64,000 bases of DNA, taken from the NCBI GenBank assembly GCA_905178155.1, contig CAJINV010000002.1, positions 7,949,655 through 8,013,654 of the forward strand. Direction: 5' to 3'. This DNA comes from Amoebophrya sp. A120 (lineage: Eukaryota; Protista; Dinoflagellata). Made by a program: the position numbers and the translations under genes. The stretch's first letter is position 1; every line of letters begins with the position of its first letter. Shown piece by piece: positions 1 through 13,000 of the stretch. The notes under the pieces were generated by a model that saw only the letters and a program-made list of their open reading frames with translations, was not told the origin of the DNA and made no database searches.

Positions 1-271
1 GTAAAAACATCCCCATCCCAGAGCTGTGATGCAGATCTGCAAGCGCAAGAGCGTTTGTAATGCGCATCCCCATGAGAGGCGTTTCCCATTGTGTTTTGGA
101 ACTTGTAATGCTGTAAACAGGATGAGGAGATGGATTTGGTATGCGGATTCCCTCGCTAAAATGCACTACACTACAGCCTGCAACTTGTCTTGCGTGGTTC
201 CCAAAACTTCAAGGTTTATGTTGCAAAATCCCCATCTTGACTATGGGGTGGGGATGTTTTTACATGGGATA
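1..271. mobile_element. Introner family A, empty copy (left ~8 bp outside the window); non-canonical intron of the EF-hand gene
   Basis: Starts gtaaaaacatccccatcccagag and ends ctatggggtggggatgtttttacatgggata (inverted pair). Colinear with the host parts of 11738-13328 and 20959-31337 once their inserts are removed. Confidence 0.85.
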
Positions 272-2960
272 CGTCCGCGCTGTTCTTCAGCGACTTCAGC
301 GCGTACAGCCACTCGTCCTTGAAGTACCCGGGCAGGAAGTCTTCGTACCCGTGCTCCACGATCTTCAGAAACGTCTGCGCCCGCAGCGTGTCGTCGAAGC
401 GCTTCAGCAGGTAGCAGAACTCCTCGAAACTGGTGACCCCGTCCTGGTTGATGTCCGACTCGCGGAGCAGGTCGATGAAGCCGGACTGCTCGTCGCCCGG
501 GTCCACCGGAATGCCGCCCCGCTGCATGATGTTGAACACCCGGCTGTTCGGAACCTCGAGCGGCTCGCCGGAAATGTTGGTGGGAAAGATCTCCATCAGC
601 TGCGACACCACGTTCTTTTGCCACCCCCCCTGCTTCTGGAACCGCAGCCAGAGGATGCGGCAGATTTCGCACACGACGCAGGCCGTGTCGAAGTTCACCT
701 CCAGCGGCGTCTGCGCCTGCTGAATCGGGCTCGTCTGCGAAAACGCAATCTCCAGCGCCTTCAGATACATCGCCGGCGTCAGCTGATTGTCCTCAATGTA
801 CAAATCGCGGTTCGGGAAGCGGAACTCCAAGAACGCCCCGCACACCGCCTGCAGCTCCGTGATGCTGATCCACCCGAACTGGCCGGGCTGGAACGCGTCT
901 TCCTCCTGCTCCTCCTTCTTGTCCTTCTTTTTCGCCGCTGCTGCACTGGAGGCCGACCCTGCTGCCGCCCCCTGCTGCCCACCGGCTTGCTGGTTATTTT
1001 GTGCGCCACCATTTCCGCCGGTGTTAGTACTTGACGACGCTCCTTCGATTTCCACCACCTGCTCACCCCCGAACCGGACGTGGCCCGCCTGCCCCTGGCC
1101 GTCCTCCTGCGCCTGATGTTCGACACCCCCAGTCGGAGACCCGTCCGCCGCCGCGCCGCCACTGCTGTTCCCCCCGGCGCTCCCGGCGTTTTCTGTCGCG
1201 GCCGCTGCGCCGGCACTTTGTTCCGAAGTTGATGTGTTCATCGCACTCTTCACCAAGCCCAGCCCCAGCTCCGGGTACTCGCGGCTGAGGTGCAGCATGA
1301 CAAATTGATCCGCCAACCAGTTGAGATCGTTCAGCGGGTGCAGTTGCTCCAACTTGCTCCATCGGTTCTCGTATTCCTGCACGGACTTCAGCTGCCGCGA
1401 GCTCATGGACACGTATTTCCACCGGGAGAGAAAGGGGCGAAGATCCCCCACGAGCGAATTCAGCAACACCGGCTCGATTCGCGTGAAGTCCGTCAACAGC
1501 TCCAGGTCCGTGACCCCGACCGCGGCCGGGTGCTTCTTATGCAAGCGTCAGGTTTGAAATCGACAAAGTTGAAATGATTTGCCATGCATAAAATGGATGC
1601 CAGTTGGGGCCTCAGTTTTCAAGTGGCGCATGACAAATTTCGGCAGCACCAAAATCCAGTCTGTCATGCTGTTTGGGCAAAGAACGCTGCTCCTGTCATG
1701 CTACTCTGGCAGCACATCGTCTTTCCCTAAACAGGCTCGCAATCGGTCTCCTTTGCCTCCTCCCCAACACAGGCCACACGTGCCCTACATTTTACGCATC
1801 ACAAATTATTTCAACTTTGACGATTTCAATCCTGACACATCCATACTTCTTCCCGTCCCCGTAAAGCCCGTATCCGGTCAGCGACCCGAGCTCCAGCGCC
1901 AGCAGCTCGGCCATCGTGGCGATGATCTGCTTCTTCACGTCCATGGCCTGGCTGCGCATCTTCATCTTGGAGTCCTCCTGCTCGCTGTCGGAGTCGCTGC
2001 CGGCTGTCTTGCCCCCGCCGGAATTGAAGTCCACGTTGGAAACCGAAAACGCGATCCCGCCGGACTTCTCCATGGGGTTGGCCTTGCCGCTCGCGACCGA
2101 ACTGTTGAACTCCGCGCGCAACTTCTCCTCCTCGCTCTGCTTCCACAGCTCCTCCTGCTTCTTCTTCAGCTCCGCGGCCTCGCGCTTGCGCAGCCGCTCC
2201 TCCCGCAGCCGCTGGGTCCGGACCGACTCCACCACCTTCCACTTGCCGCTCGCGCTCCACCAGCCCCCGCCGTGCGACAGCTTCCGCGCCGTGATGTTCT
2301 TCCGCAGCGCCTCGGCCTTCAGGTTTTCCATCGCCTCGGTCGCCCACATGTCGCGCTGCACCAGCACGTCCTCCTCCTCGTCCTCATCGTCATCCTCATC
2401 CTCGTCGTCCTTCTTCTTCTTTTTCTCCTTGGTCTGCGAGGTGGTATAGTAGCACTGGGGGTTCCCGAGCGTCTGCTGCAAAAACTTCCGGCGGATCAGC
2501 TGCGGCGTGATGTTCTCGCCGATCAGATTATCGTAAAGAAAGATTCCCCCTCCCCATATTGAAAACGCATCCGTCTGAAAATTTGTGATGCACATTTGTC
2601 ACCTCAAATCTTGTCTGTCTTGCAAGAAGGCAAGTCTGGAGAGCCCCCTGCATTTTGCAGGCGGTTTGTGATGCTGTTGGGCTTAGAGCATACACTTTTG
2701 CCATGCTAGGTGCCTACGTCAAAACCTCTCGACCGAGGCTTGACATATGCCTGCAGTCCTCTACTGCAAGACAAATCTGATTTGTGTACGGAAATCCAGC
2801 ATCAGAAACTTCGTTTCGATATGGGGAGGGGGGATTTTTCCTCTTGATACAGATTCCGTTTCAACCGCCGGTGCAGTTCCTCCATGTACTCCAGATTTTT
2901 CTGTCCCACCGCATGGTGCTTCTTCATGGAGGACTGCTGCGCCGCCGCGTTGCGGGACAT
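272..2960 (-). CDS. EF-hand-containing protein; exons ~2960-2850, ~2528-1846, ~1537-272, continuing left of the window
   Basis: Removing introners 2529-2849 and 1538-1845 plus one DR copy each gives ...RLKRNL|IGENITP... and ...YGDGKK|HPAAV.... EF-hand loop DINQDGVTSFEEF. ATG at 2960 is preceded by an in-frame stop. Confidence 0.75.
1538..1845. mobile_element. Introner family D (308 bp)
   Basis: About 50-bp imperfect TIR tatgcaagcgtcaggtttgaaatcgacaaagttgaaat. Perfect DR cttct at 1533-1537 and 1846-1850. Removal restores the frame. Confidence 0.9.
2529..2849. mobile_element. Introner family C (321 bp)
   Basis: TIR tatc...ccccctccccatat. DR cagat at 2524-2528 and 2850-2854. Confidence 0.92.
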
Positions 2961-5202
2961 GATGTGCTAGGACAAAGAACTGTCGCTCGTCTACTTCGGT
3001 AATATTAATGTAGCAAATGTAGTACGTGCAAGAACGTCAGTGGAGCAAAAGCCGAACATATCGTACTTACATGATTTCATTTTCAGGGTACCTGTCATAT
3101 TTATGTTTCTGACATAGTTGGTTTGAGGAGGGGGCCTGGTGACAGATGATGATGGGCATGATTGCGTAATGGTACTAATATGGTCGCAAATATATAGTAG
3201 TCTACTTGCAGCGAGCACGACTGTGCTGACCAACACAAGGCCAGACGCAAATGTAACTTCTTCCGGACGAAGACGAAAAGAGAAGAACGAATGCACGACA
3301 GTAGTACCGACATTAGCCTAGCTTGTTGAAATGATGAAAAGCGCTTTTCAGTAAAATATCTTCACCGACTCCTGGTTGTTCTTCGCACGAAAGATGCTAG
3401 TACCGAGGCGTCGACATCTGCATCTGCTACAGCTGCAATATACAAGGTGAACCGAAGATCCTGTGCTTGCATTGCTACGAGTACGATTACAGGAGCGGGT
3501 CAAAAATCATATCAACGAACAAACCGATCCCTTTTGCGTCGCACGAATATGTTGAAATGCAGAGAGAGTATGGTGAAAGAACCTGCTGAACGATCATGCC
3601 ATGCTACCGCTCCCACTGGTCCGTGCGGTCAATCTACTCGCCCGTCAGGGAGACAAGCCGAGTAGGCTTCTCTTCCGTAGCGAGAGTTTGCTAATTTTTC
3701 ATGAAAGAAGTTTGTACCTATCAATAGCGTGAAAAGTTCTTTTGCCGTCAAAATACTCGTCCGAAGTGCTTGTGTTGGTAGTTTCATTTTCGAAAGAAAT
3801 CACATGTAATGCGGACAAAATTTTTTATCAAGCAGGGACTTCTGAACTACTGAATGGCCCCCGTAACAAGTTGCATTTCCGCAGTTTTTCTCAAAAACAA
3901 AGTAGTACGAAAACCGACTCAATAACAGAGCTTAGCCGAAAGATACGACACAGCAGCCTGGATCACGTGACTTACTCGACAGCCTGCCGTGTCTATCTGC
4001 TTGGAGTATTTGAGTGCAAGTAGGATCTCGCGAAACATTTGTTACCGCATCCCTGCGACAGATTCTACTGAATCGACGCAGGTGCGCGCGAGCGTACCGG
4101 TTGATAGCAAATTCATCATACAGAAAAAAACACAATATATCAAAAATGGACAGAAAAATGAGGCTGCACTATTCGAGTGAATAGGATATCTAAATCAGCA
4201 GGCAGAATTTGGAGCGAAATAAAAAACCGCGAAATACTACTGCGGGTGCGCACTGCATGGCGGCGCACTTGTCGCGTTTTTACATGGTAGAAACTTTCCC
4301 TGTACCATCCCGATCTGTGGAATGTTGTACGCAGAAAAATGGAAGATTGTTTCATTCAAAAAGGCCTTATGTTTATGAAACTCAGCTACATAAAAAAATC
4401 ACGAGGAAAACACAAAACTGTGTGGCGAAAAACAAGGAAAATGTGGACGAAAAGTGTTTCTAATATGAAAAACTTGTGTATGAAGAGTTTTCCGCCACAA
4501 CAGAGAAGTGAAATACACTAAGCAACGATGACTACATCGCTATTCAGTGTGGTTTTTGAGATTTTCTGGTGTACTGTTTCAAAACCCAAATTATACAGCG
4601 TGTAAGTAATCTGCACAGACGAGAATGAGCAAGAGACGATCTCCCTTGCTCCATCCTCGAAAATTTTATATCACGTTCACACAAAAGATCAATCTGCCGT
4701 GCTAGACGCTTCTGGACCTACCGCCGCACACCGCGTGCGCTTTTGAAAAAAACCAACAAAACCTGTTGGAGCGCTACGACAGTCGCGATAAGGAAAGATT
4801 TCTTGGTAAAGCCATCGCAATCTCTAGCAAAGGCAAAAACGCGCTTGACTTCGATTCGCCGATCCCCAAATGAATTAAGACCGAGCGAGATAAAAGACAA
4901 AATAATTGGTGATGTTGTGTTGATGTAGAAAGAAACTAGTCTCGGAAAAGTAAAAGGACAGGGACACAGAGGTCCTGTTCAATATGCCTTGGCGCTTTGA
5001 CATCATTCAAAGTTCGTGATAGAATTCGTCGACAAAATGCGAATTGATTTTCAGGTCGCCCTGTCTTAGACATACCATCAAAAAGCGAGCGGGAATCAAC
5101 AAAAGATTTGGAAGTCGACAAAAAAATTCTGCGTTGCTTTTCTTTGCAGGTTTGAAGTTTGAAGATGTTGAGTTAGAGTTGACCACCGACAGTACAATTT
5201 TT

Positions 5203-8200
5203 TTATCCAGAAATTGCAGCATGAGCTGTTGTAGAAGTAGTTGCACAACTACCGGTCGGCACCGGAGGACCTCCAGCAGCTCCACCAGTGGTGCTACTAT
5301 TTGCCCCCGCCGCAAGAACCTGTTGATTTCCGTAGAACACGCTCGGGTCGAAGGTACCGCGGGAGGACGGGTAGGAGACGGCGTCCTCAGATCCGCCGGT
5401 GATGGTCGACATGGTCGCCAGCGAGTCCACGTCCTTGCCGTGATAACCACCGGCAGAAGTCATGTCAGTTTGCCCGATCAGAGTGCCGTTCGTCGTGGAC
5501 CCGGAGATCCGGCGCAGAAACTCGTCCGTCGGGGGCGAGTAGAGGACTGCTGCTGATTTAGTGTTCGCTGGCGGCGTTTGATGGGGCGCCAGCACATGAT
5601 CGTGATACTGGCCCTGCGCAGACTGTAAATTAGAAGTGTTGTTGTACCTGCTGGAACAAGTCGAAGTTGTACTATTTTGCATGATCTCCGGTGTCAACGC
5701 TATCGGTCTGTTGTGCGCTGGCGCCCGTTGAAGATGTTGCTCAGGAATTACCATATCAGGTGTTGAGCAGTCGTTGACCGCCCGCCGATCCGGATGCGCT
5801 ATTTGCTGGTGCTGGTGGGGGTTGAACAACGACTCCTGGGTATTGTTGTAAAAAGTTGTACCATGTCCATGATGATGATCTACTCCAATTGATGCTGAAG
5901 AAGTGTTATTGCCGCTGAAACTCGTGACTGCGTGACTGTGGACCGTGCGCTGATGCGGATTTGGAAAGCTTCCTGTAGTTGTACCATGCTGCTGGTTGTT
6001 CAACGTGCTGCTCATTCCGTAACTCGGGTTGTAGCTCGGTCCAGCTGGTGCTGCACTACTGTTGCTCATAGTGTTTCCGTACATCTGTTCTGAGGAAGAC
6101 GCTGGATTGTACTTCCTCCGTGCATTTGGATGGTGATACGTCAAACCTGGAGGTCCACCGGCGCCTTGTTGTCCGTTACTGTTGCTGGACACGTAGGAGG
6201 ATTCGCGCACAATCGGAGGACCCGTTGGGACGATCATGCTGCTGCTCATGCCGTGGTGGTCTACACCAGCTGCACTGCCGATGCTGGTTCCGATGCCGAA
6301 TCGGGAGTTGCACAGCGCCCCGCTCATGAAGAAGTCGGCGTTGGTGATCGCATCGTACACGGGGAGGTTCCGCCTGGTCGCCTGCCGGATCACCTCCGAG
6401 TAGGGCGGCAACTCCGTGCACTCGATGAGGAAGACCGCGACGTTGGGATGCTGCGTCAACACTTTCTCCGTCAACTGCTCGAGGCCGCGCTTCACCTCCC
6501 CCGGGTTCAGCGGCTTGCCGTACTGCAGCGCCTCGTGCAGCCCCGGGATGCGGGAGCAGGAAACCACCACCAAGCGGTTCAGATTCACGTGCGACAAGCC
6601 GGAAACCTTCTGGATTTCCGGCAGCTTGGGGAGCAGGTCCCGGCCGGACGCCGTGAAGATGGCGATCTCCGCCTCCACCGGCGTGGAGCAGGCCACCGCC
6701 GGCAAGTGCGCAAAGACAGACATGAAGACCGGGATGTGGAACAGGGACCGCGACCGCACGTGCTGCTGTGCCTTCTGCTGGAAAAACACCATGAACCCGC
6801 AGTCCGAAGTGATCCCCGACACGCGAAACTGAAAAACCAACTGGTCCAAAACGCGGTAAAAGGAACGCTCGACCTGATAGGGTGGAAAGAATTTTCATTG
6901 CGGATAGCAGCTAAGGACTTGAAAGTTGTGACCCTGTTTTTAGGTTCTTATCGTGCCTGATAGATCGATGCACGTTGTTGCGGCCATAATTCTACCAAAA
7001 CATCATGATCCGAAGTACTAGTAAGTGGCGTCCTTCTGAGAAATAAAGATTTGCGAGACAAGAAATGGAAATCAAACGAGAACTACAACAATTCGTACCT
7101 CGCGACTCATGACGCCCCTGCGGCACATTTCGAAGGTCAAGCCCGGCACCATCAAACTGACCGAGCGGTAGCTGTAGCTGGACGGGTGTGCGATGTTTCC
7201 GGGAACCGGGTCGTAGTCGTGATCAATGCGCACAATACCCAGGGTGGGTGACGGATTATCCTCCACAACTTCGACGAAAGTTACCTGGTGCTGCCGAGCC
7301 GCCACCGGCTGCTGCGATTGCTGGTGCGGGTTGTGCGGCTGCTGTGCTGGGTGCTGCATGAAGGAGTTGTGGTGCTGCGACGTCGTCGTCGGAGCCTGTG
7401 GTCTGTTTAACATCATGCGTTCATATTGTTCCCCGCGTTGTTCCTCCTGATCATGGCCCTGCCTACTACTTCCTGCTGTCTGTAAAAATTCCTGCATCTC
7501 TACCCCCTGGCTCTGCTGCTGTTGTGCGTAGCCGCGGGAGGTGCTGCCGGAAGCTGCAGGAGCCTGTTGTCCTGGTGAGACTACAACATCGTGTTCGTCA
7601 AAGCTCAACCTCTGCCGAATATTTACGTCGGTATCGAATTCCTCTCGCGCCGCACTGCGTGTGGTGCTTCGGGGAGACGAAATGTCGCCTTGTTCAAGCA
7701 TGTAATTATTCACACAACTACCACTATTCCTTGCCGCATTTTTCGCACGAAACTCGCTGAAGGTGGAGATCACTTCCGAGTGCGGTGTTCCGACGATCGC
7801 TCTGTAGTTGCCGCTCCTGTGCTTCGACGAACTGCCACTCCGGGGCTGCTGCTGAAAATGATCTTCATAAGGTGCATGATGGCGCGGAGGTTGCTCATTC
7901 GAAACCCGGCTGCTTGATGTCCTACACCCGCTTTTTCCACCTGGTGCGCCTTGCTTGTCAACGCAACTCCGCGGCGTGCTGGTGATGGACTGGCAGGGCG
8001 AAGAGGAGGAGTATCCGTTCAGAGACAAAGCGTTCTTTCGGTGTTGGGTCATTTGCGGTTCGTGCTGTGTTGCGGAACGGAAAAGGACGTCACTTTCTTC
8101 ATATTGCGAGCTTAATATGCTCAGATCATGGGGTGACGCGCGTTGGCTGTGTTCCACGTGGTGCCTGTGCCGGTCGTCGTTGATATTGTTCTGCGCAACG

Positions 8201-9078
8201 TCGTGTCTTGTCGAGCTGAAAGCGCCACGATCGTCCCCGTTCCCCTCGGCCTCCTCTTCCTGATCCTGCAAGTGATCGCCCTGCAGTGCGCTCACGAACT
8301 TCCGTCGGGGAACTGCTCGCGGGAATGTTCCAACAACATTTCGGGGCACTGATTGATGTTCCGTAGGCGAAAAGGATTCCGGATCATCTTCGTCGTCATA
8401 ATTCATCGCGTTAAAAATAAAACCACTTCTACTGCTTTCACGATCGACAACTCTCGTCTCCGGCCCTCTACTCCTTCCTGGCTTGGAATTCTTAAGCCGC
8501 TTGCGGCAGGAAGTCGCGCTAACCGCTTTCGCCAGAAGATTCTGCAGAACATCTGCAACGCCGGCCCAGTTGGTGCTTGTAGTACTGCCCGCTGACGAAA
8601 AATCCTCTGCCGTTCTTCTCCCATCCTCCTCATCACACTCATCCTCGGTCGGTTCGCGGTCGTGCCCCGAGTGATGCACATCGAAGCAGTCGCGATCTCG
8701 ACCAAGCACTTTATGTTGTTGTGGACTTCTCTTCAGATAAAAATCTTCGCGACCAGAACCACGATGATGTCCTCGTGACTCTCCGCGAGAGGACTTTTCG
8801 AAATTTGCGGACCCGGTGGTTTTTGCACTTGATGCTCCGGCGGGCCGAACACACGTGGGGACAGCTGGAGCGTAATTTTCCGTTCGTCGTTCATCTTGTT
8901 CATCTCGGTGTACTAATCCTTTCCGGTTGCCAGCCATGATGAGCTGGCGAACTCCGGTTGTGGTCACCCGAGACCGAGAACTTCGAACTCCTTCAGCAAG
9001 AAGCGAACAGCAAAGAGTGCTCGTAGGTCTCGCACATCTCGCCCCGTGCTTTCTCCCCGAAGTCAGCGGATGAACCAC
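5203..9078 (-). CDS. Asp/Glu racemase-like domain inside long low-complexity arms; GT-AG intron 6874-7098
   Basis: GIVRIDHDYDPVPGNI...VPGLTFE|...SGITSDCGF...IPVFMS...FLIECTELPPY...LPVYDAIT. The two Cys motifs (DCGF, ECTE) are typical of the Asp/Glu/hydantoin racemase superfamily. The intron joins MSRE|VERSF in frame. Start codon uncertain. Confidence 0.7.
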
Positions 9079-10033
9079 CTGCGCTGGTTGCAGTCGCCGC
9101 CATGTTCTTGATTCCTATTTGATATTAAATCAGTGTCTGCTGCAGCCACCACGTAAAAGCAGTACTATGACGCTCGTGCTGTTTCCGCGAGCAAGAATTG
9201 GTCGTACTATTTTTCTACTCGTGTTTTAACACCTGAGAAAAAACAAGATACTCGCGTGCTCGCACCAGCAAGCGCGCTCACGCGCTGCACTGGCGTTCGC
9301 AAGACTCCTAGTAGTACACTGGGTTCAACAAGTATGAAAATGATCGGAATCGTGTGTCTAGAAGTGGAGTTTCCGTGTCGAATCAACAGAGGCGGGGCCG
9401 TTCACAAGTATATCATGAGGGAGAACGATATCACGGGGTATGGGTATGGGTATGGGGTTCCGCTCCTGGAAGAAAGGTTTTTTTGATAGCAAATCGATCA
9501 AATCCATGTGATTTTTCGATAGCATCAGCAGGCGTACGATAACGATTGGCACAGCCGAATTTTTTCAAGAACGAAGTTAAGCCGTCACTGTAGGCACGAT
9601 ACGAGTTTTTAAATCATAGTGCATTCTGTCAAGTTTGGGCAATAAAAAAAGACACCCTCTTTACCGAGCTTCACCAAGCGAGTGAAGAACCGACTGTATC
9701 ATATATGCTTCAGAGGCTCTTCATCACATCATTGTAGACGCTATGCATATTCATCTCTCAGCGAACCAACTAGTGTGCAAACTTTTGTACGATGAGGTGC
9801 AAGTGGCCAACTTGACCTTCTTTCCGGACGAAAAAACAAGCGCTCGTAACTGCAAAAATACCACCCGAAAACCAGGTATGGCTGCCGAAGATCCTGTTCA
9901 TTTTCTTCCTCTATTTATGATGCGCAGATCAATCACTGCAGGATAGTAATTCCTTTCACATGACACGAAAAATGTAAGGTCGTCGTATAAGTACCCTGTT
10001 CTCCCGTGAGTAACAGACCAAAAACCGAAAATT

Positions 10034-13000
10034 TCATGTCGCAAAAGTTACATTACCAGCAATTTTGTCCTCTGCTGTGACTAAACCTGCAGGTCCATGT
10101 AGATGTACTTGCCCGCCGGTTGTGCCAGTTGTACTGCCATCTACCGTCCCGGGATCGAAAACTACTACAGCGTCGCCACAGTAGAGAAAGAGCAAGGAGA
10201 GTAATCTTTCTATGGGCCGGAAGAAATTTGAACAGAGGAAGGAAATGAAGACCAGAGCAAATATTTTTGTACACGAAAACACGTACTTGTTCCCGCATAC
10301 ACTACCACAACAAGTACATAACAAGCCTAAAATTGGTATGACCAGCTCCAAAACCACCTTGTTCCAGAAAAACACAACCGCTTTCGTAGCACAGCCGAAT
10401 ATCCCCCGCCCGAGTGTTTGTAGGAAAGACCGTAAACAGCTCCCTAGAGTGGCTCCAGTGGATTTTTTTTCCTGCTTGTTTGCCTGTTCTGTACGAAATG
10501 TAACCGTTTTCGACCCTTGCCGGGACTTGCTCGAGAAGGGACTTGACGCAGAAGACCTTGTTGTGCTGGTGGTGCCGTAGTAGTTGTAGTACGACCCAAA
10601 AGCGTTGTAGAAGCCTTGTTCGACATTTCCCGTGAGACCTGTACTAGTAGAGGTGGACCCATTTCTACTAGCAGTACCTCCGAGGTGGAAAAAGTCCTCC
10701 TGCCGCGCTCTCCCCCACTCCCTTTCTGAAAGCCCCAGCTTCTCGTGGTGTTCCTGTGCCAGTGGATGCGTGAAACCAGAGACGTAGGTGCGGTTCAAGT
10801 TTGTTTCCTTCGCATAGAGGACCCCAGAAGCACGGCTTGACGTGGGGGTCATCTCAGTCACAGTACTAGTCGCGTGCTGAAACCGGTGACTAAACGCCGC
10901 GAGCCGCCGCTCTTTGCTCGTCTTCTCGATACTTCCGGGGCTAATGGTCGCATCTAGAGACGGGGAGCTGCTCGGTGAACTGCTCTCCGCAGCGCTGGGC
11001 CTAGATGTGGTTGTACTCCCCACTGGCGGCATTCCTGCTTCTGGTTTTGTTTTACTACTCTTTCTTATTGGGCTATCTTTACTCGTTTTTCTCCGACTCG
11101 ACGGAGAAGCTCCGCTCCTTTCGGGCACGATCTCCGCAGTACTAGCTCTAGCGTCCGCATGACCCTTAACCTTATTTGTGCTGCTGTGATTGTTTGATAA
11201 GATCTTCCCGGCTGGCGGTGATGTACTATGAAAATCATGATCAGGTCGTGTTCCACTACCCAGCATCCCTCTCCGTGAGTTGCCCTCGGGGTCCGGGTCC
11301 GTGATTCTCCGCTCGGCCTGGTGGTAGAAGCGTGCGGTCGGAAACTCCGGCTCCCCCGGCCCCATGGTGCAGACCGGGAACTGGTTCGAACCTCCGTACT
11401 CGAAAGGCAGAATTTCCTTGGGAATCTTAGTGAACAGCGCTTGTTGCAGAAACGGAAAATTCTCCTCGTCCCCGACAATGGTGTCCCGCGAATGGAAGGG
11501 GATCTGCAGAAAAAAGATCTTTTTGCAGGTATTCGAGGGCGCGAACGCGCGAAAGATGCTCCACGCGATCTGGAACAATGGTGGCGCGTTGATGATGAAG
11601 GTGCCGCGCTGGGTGCCCGGGTAGTGGTTCAGCAGGAGTTTCACCAGCGTCTTCTGCAGCGCGGAGTGCTTGGACAGGCGGAAGGTCCACCCCGAGAAGT
11701 CCATCAGCACGTAAATCTGGAACGTGGGCAACTTCTGTATCCTATGTAAAAACGTACCCACACCAGAGTTGTCATGCTAAACAAAATGCGACACACTTTG
11801 CCCCCCCATTGTGCCATAGCCGCAGATGGCCTGAGACGCAGGGCGGGTGGGTCAGGCGGACACCTAAGTGCCATCGCCATCATCTCCCGGCCACTATATT
11901 CCAACTCTGTTATCGCCACCAACCATACTTCACAACCATCCATACTGTGCCAACTTGCCATCTGAACAACGCCTCACTTTTTATTTGCCAACAATTCCTT
12001 ACTCTGATTCTCGCAAACTTCCAACTCGCAACCACTATAACGGGGATGTACAGCCAGGCCCACAACTACAAGAGAAAGCTGCAGCCTGCGGCAAACCAGT
12101 TGTTACTGTCTGGACGAATGCATTCACTGGAGGCACTAAGCGACAAGCGCCAGCCTGAAGTGATGTTTAAACATCCAAACTAAAGGTAAGAGGTGCGAGA
12201 TTTAATGCTGATCTACCAGACCGCCGGATTTGGCGATCATGATCGGCGACTGCTTTACACATGACCGAACGTGCGGGGTACAGATACACGATTGGCAAGG
12301 CTGCTCAAGTAGAGCACGTTTCTGCACGCGGACCGCTGCCCACGCGGGAGCAACACAGAAGCGCAAAACATCGGCGCCAGGTTCATTCTCGATTCCACGG
12401 CGGGAATATTCCCGCGTCGTGGGCAACACCATCTCCCCCAGCGCTGAAAAGCCTTGAGCTCGCATCTATTGCGCGCCCCTACATCGCATCTATTGCGCTG
12501 GGGAACACGACTCGATTGAGCTTGTTGCTACTGGCTTGGGCGAGCTGGGGGGCATCCACGCTCGCGAAGCCTCGACCTGGTGTCCGTCTGCCGAAGCCTA
12601 CCCGAGCTGCTTAATCCACCGGCGGCATGGTGGACTTAACCCTTTCCAGAACTCCTGCCCAGGTCTGATTTCGTATTCCGGATCTGCTGCGAACATGGAG
12701 AAGTTGCTGCCCATGCCCGTCAGACTAAGCGAGGACCTTGCTGCTGCGCAGGATGGTGCGTGGACGACTGCTGCAGGATTCAGGCGCCGTGCCCGGGCGG
12801 GGAGGAGGTCATTTTTAGGAGGGGTACTCCGCAGCGCGGGGCGCTGGTTCTGAGATCTCGGCTAGTGTAAAAAAAGGGGGCCTGAGATCTAGTAGGCTAC
12901 TGTAAAGGGGGGCACAGCGGACCCGCCACGCTCGGGTGTTTATCTACTTCTTTCGAAACTCCTCTTCAGGGAGTCGGGGGAGATACCGACGTGGTGTCAG

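Noticed and set aside
141-2562. Long plus-strand ORFs (141-1034, 1579-2562; likewise 25090-26508 and 53606-54595)
   Set aside because: They are antisense shadows of GC3-rich minus-strand coding sequence, and the first two run through introners.
12202-12853. Short ORFs repeated at 30180-30831 as an ORF1 of the element
   Set aside because: They are short, occur on both strands and have stops in element sense. Their conservation just reflects recent DNA identity.
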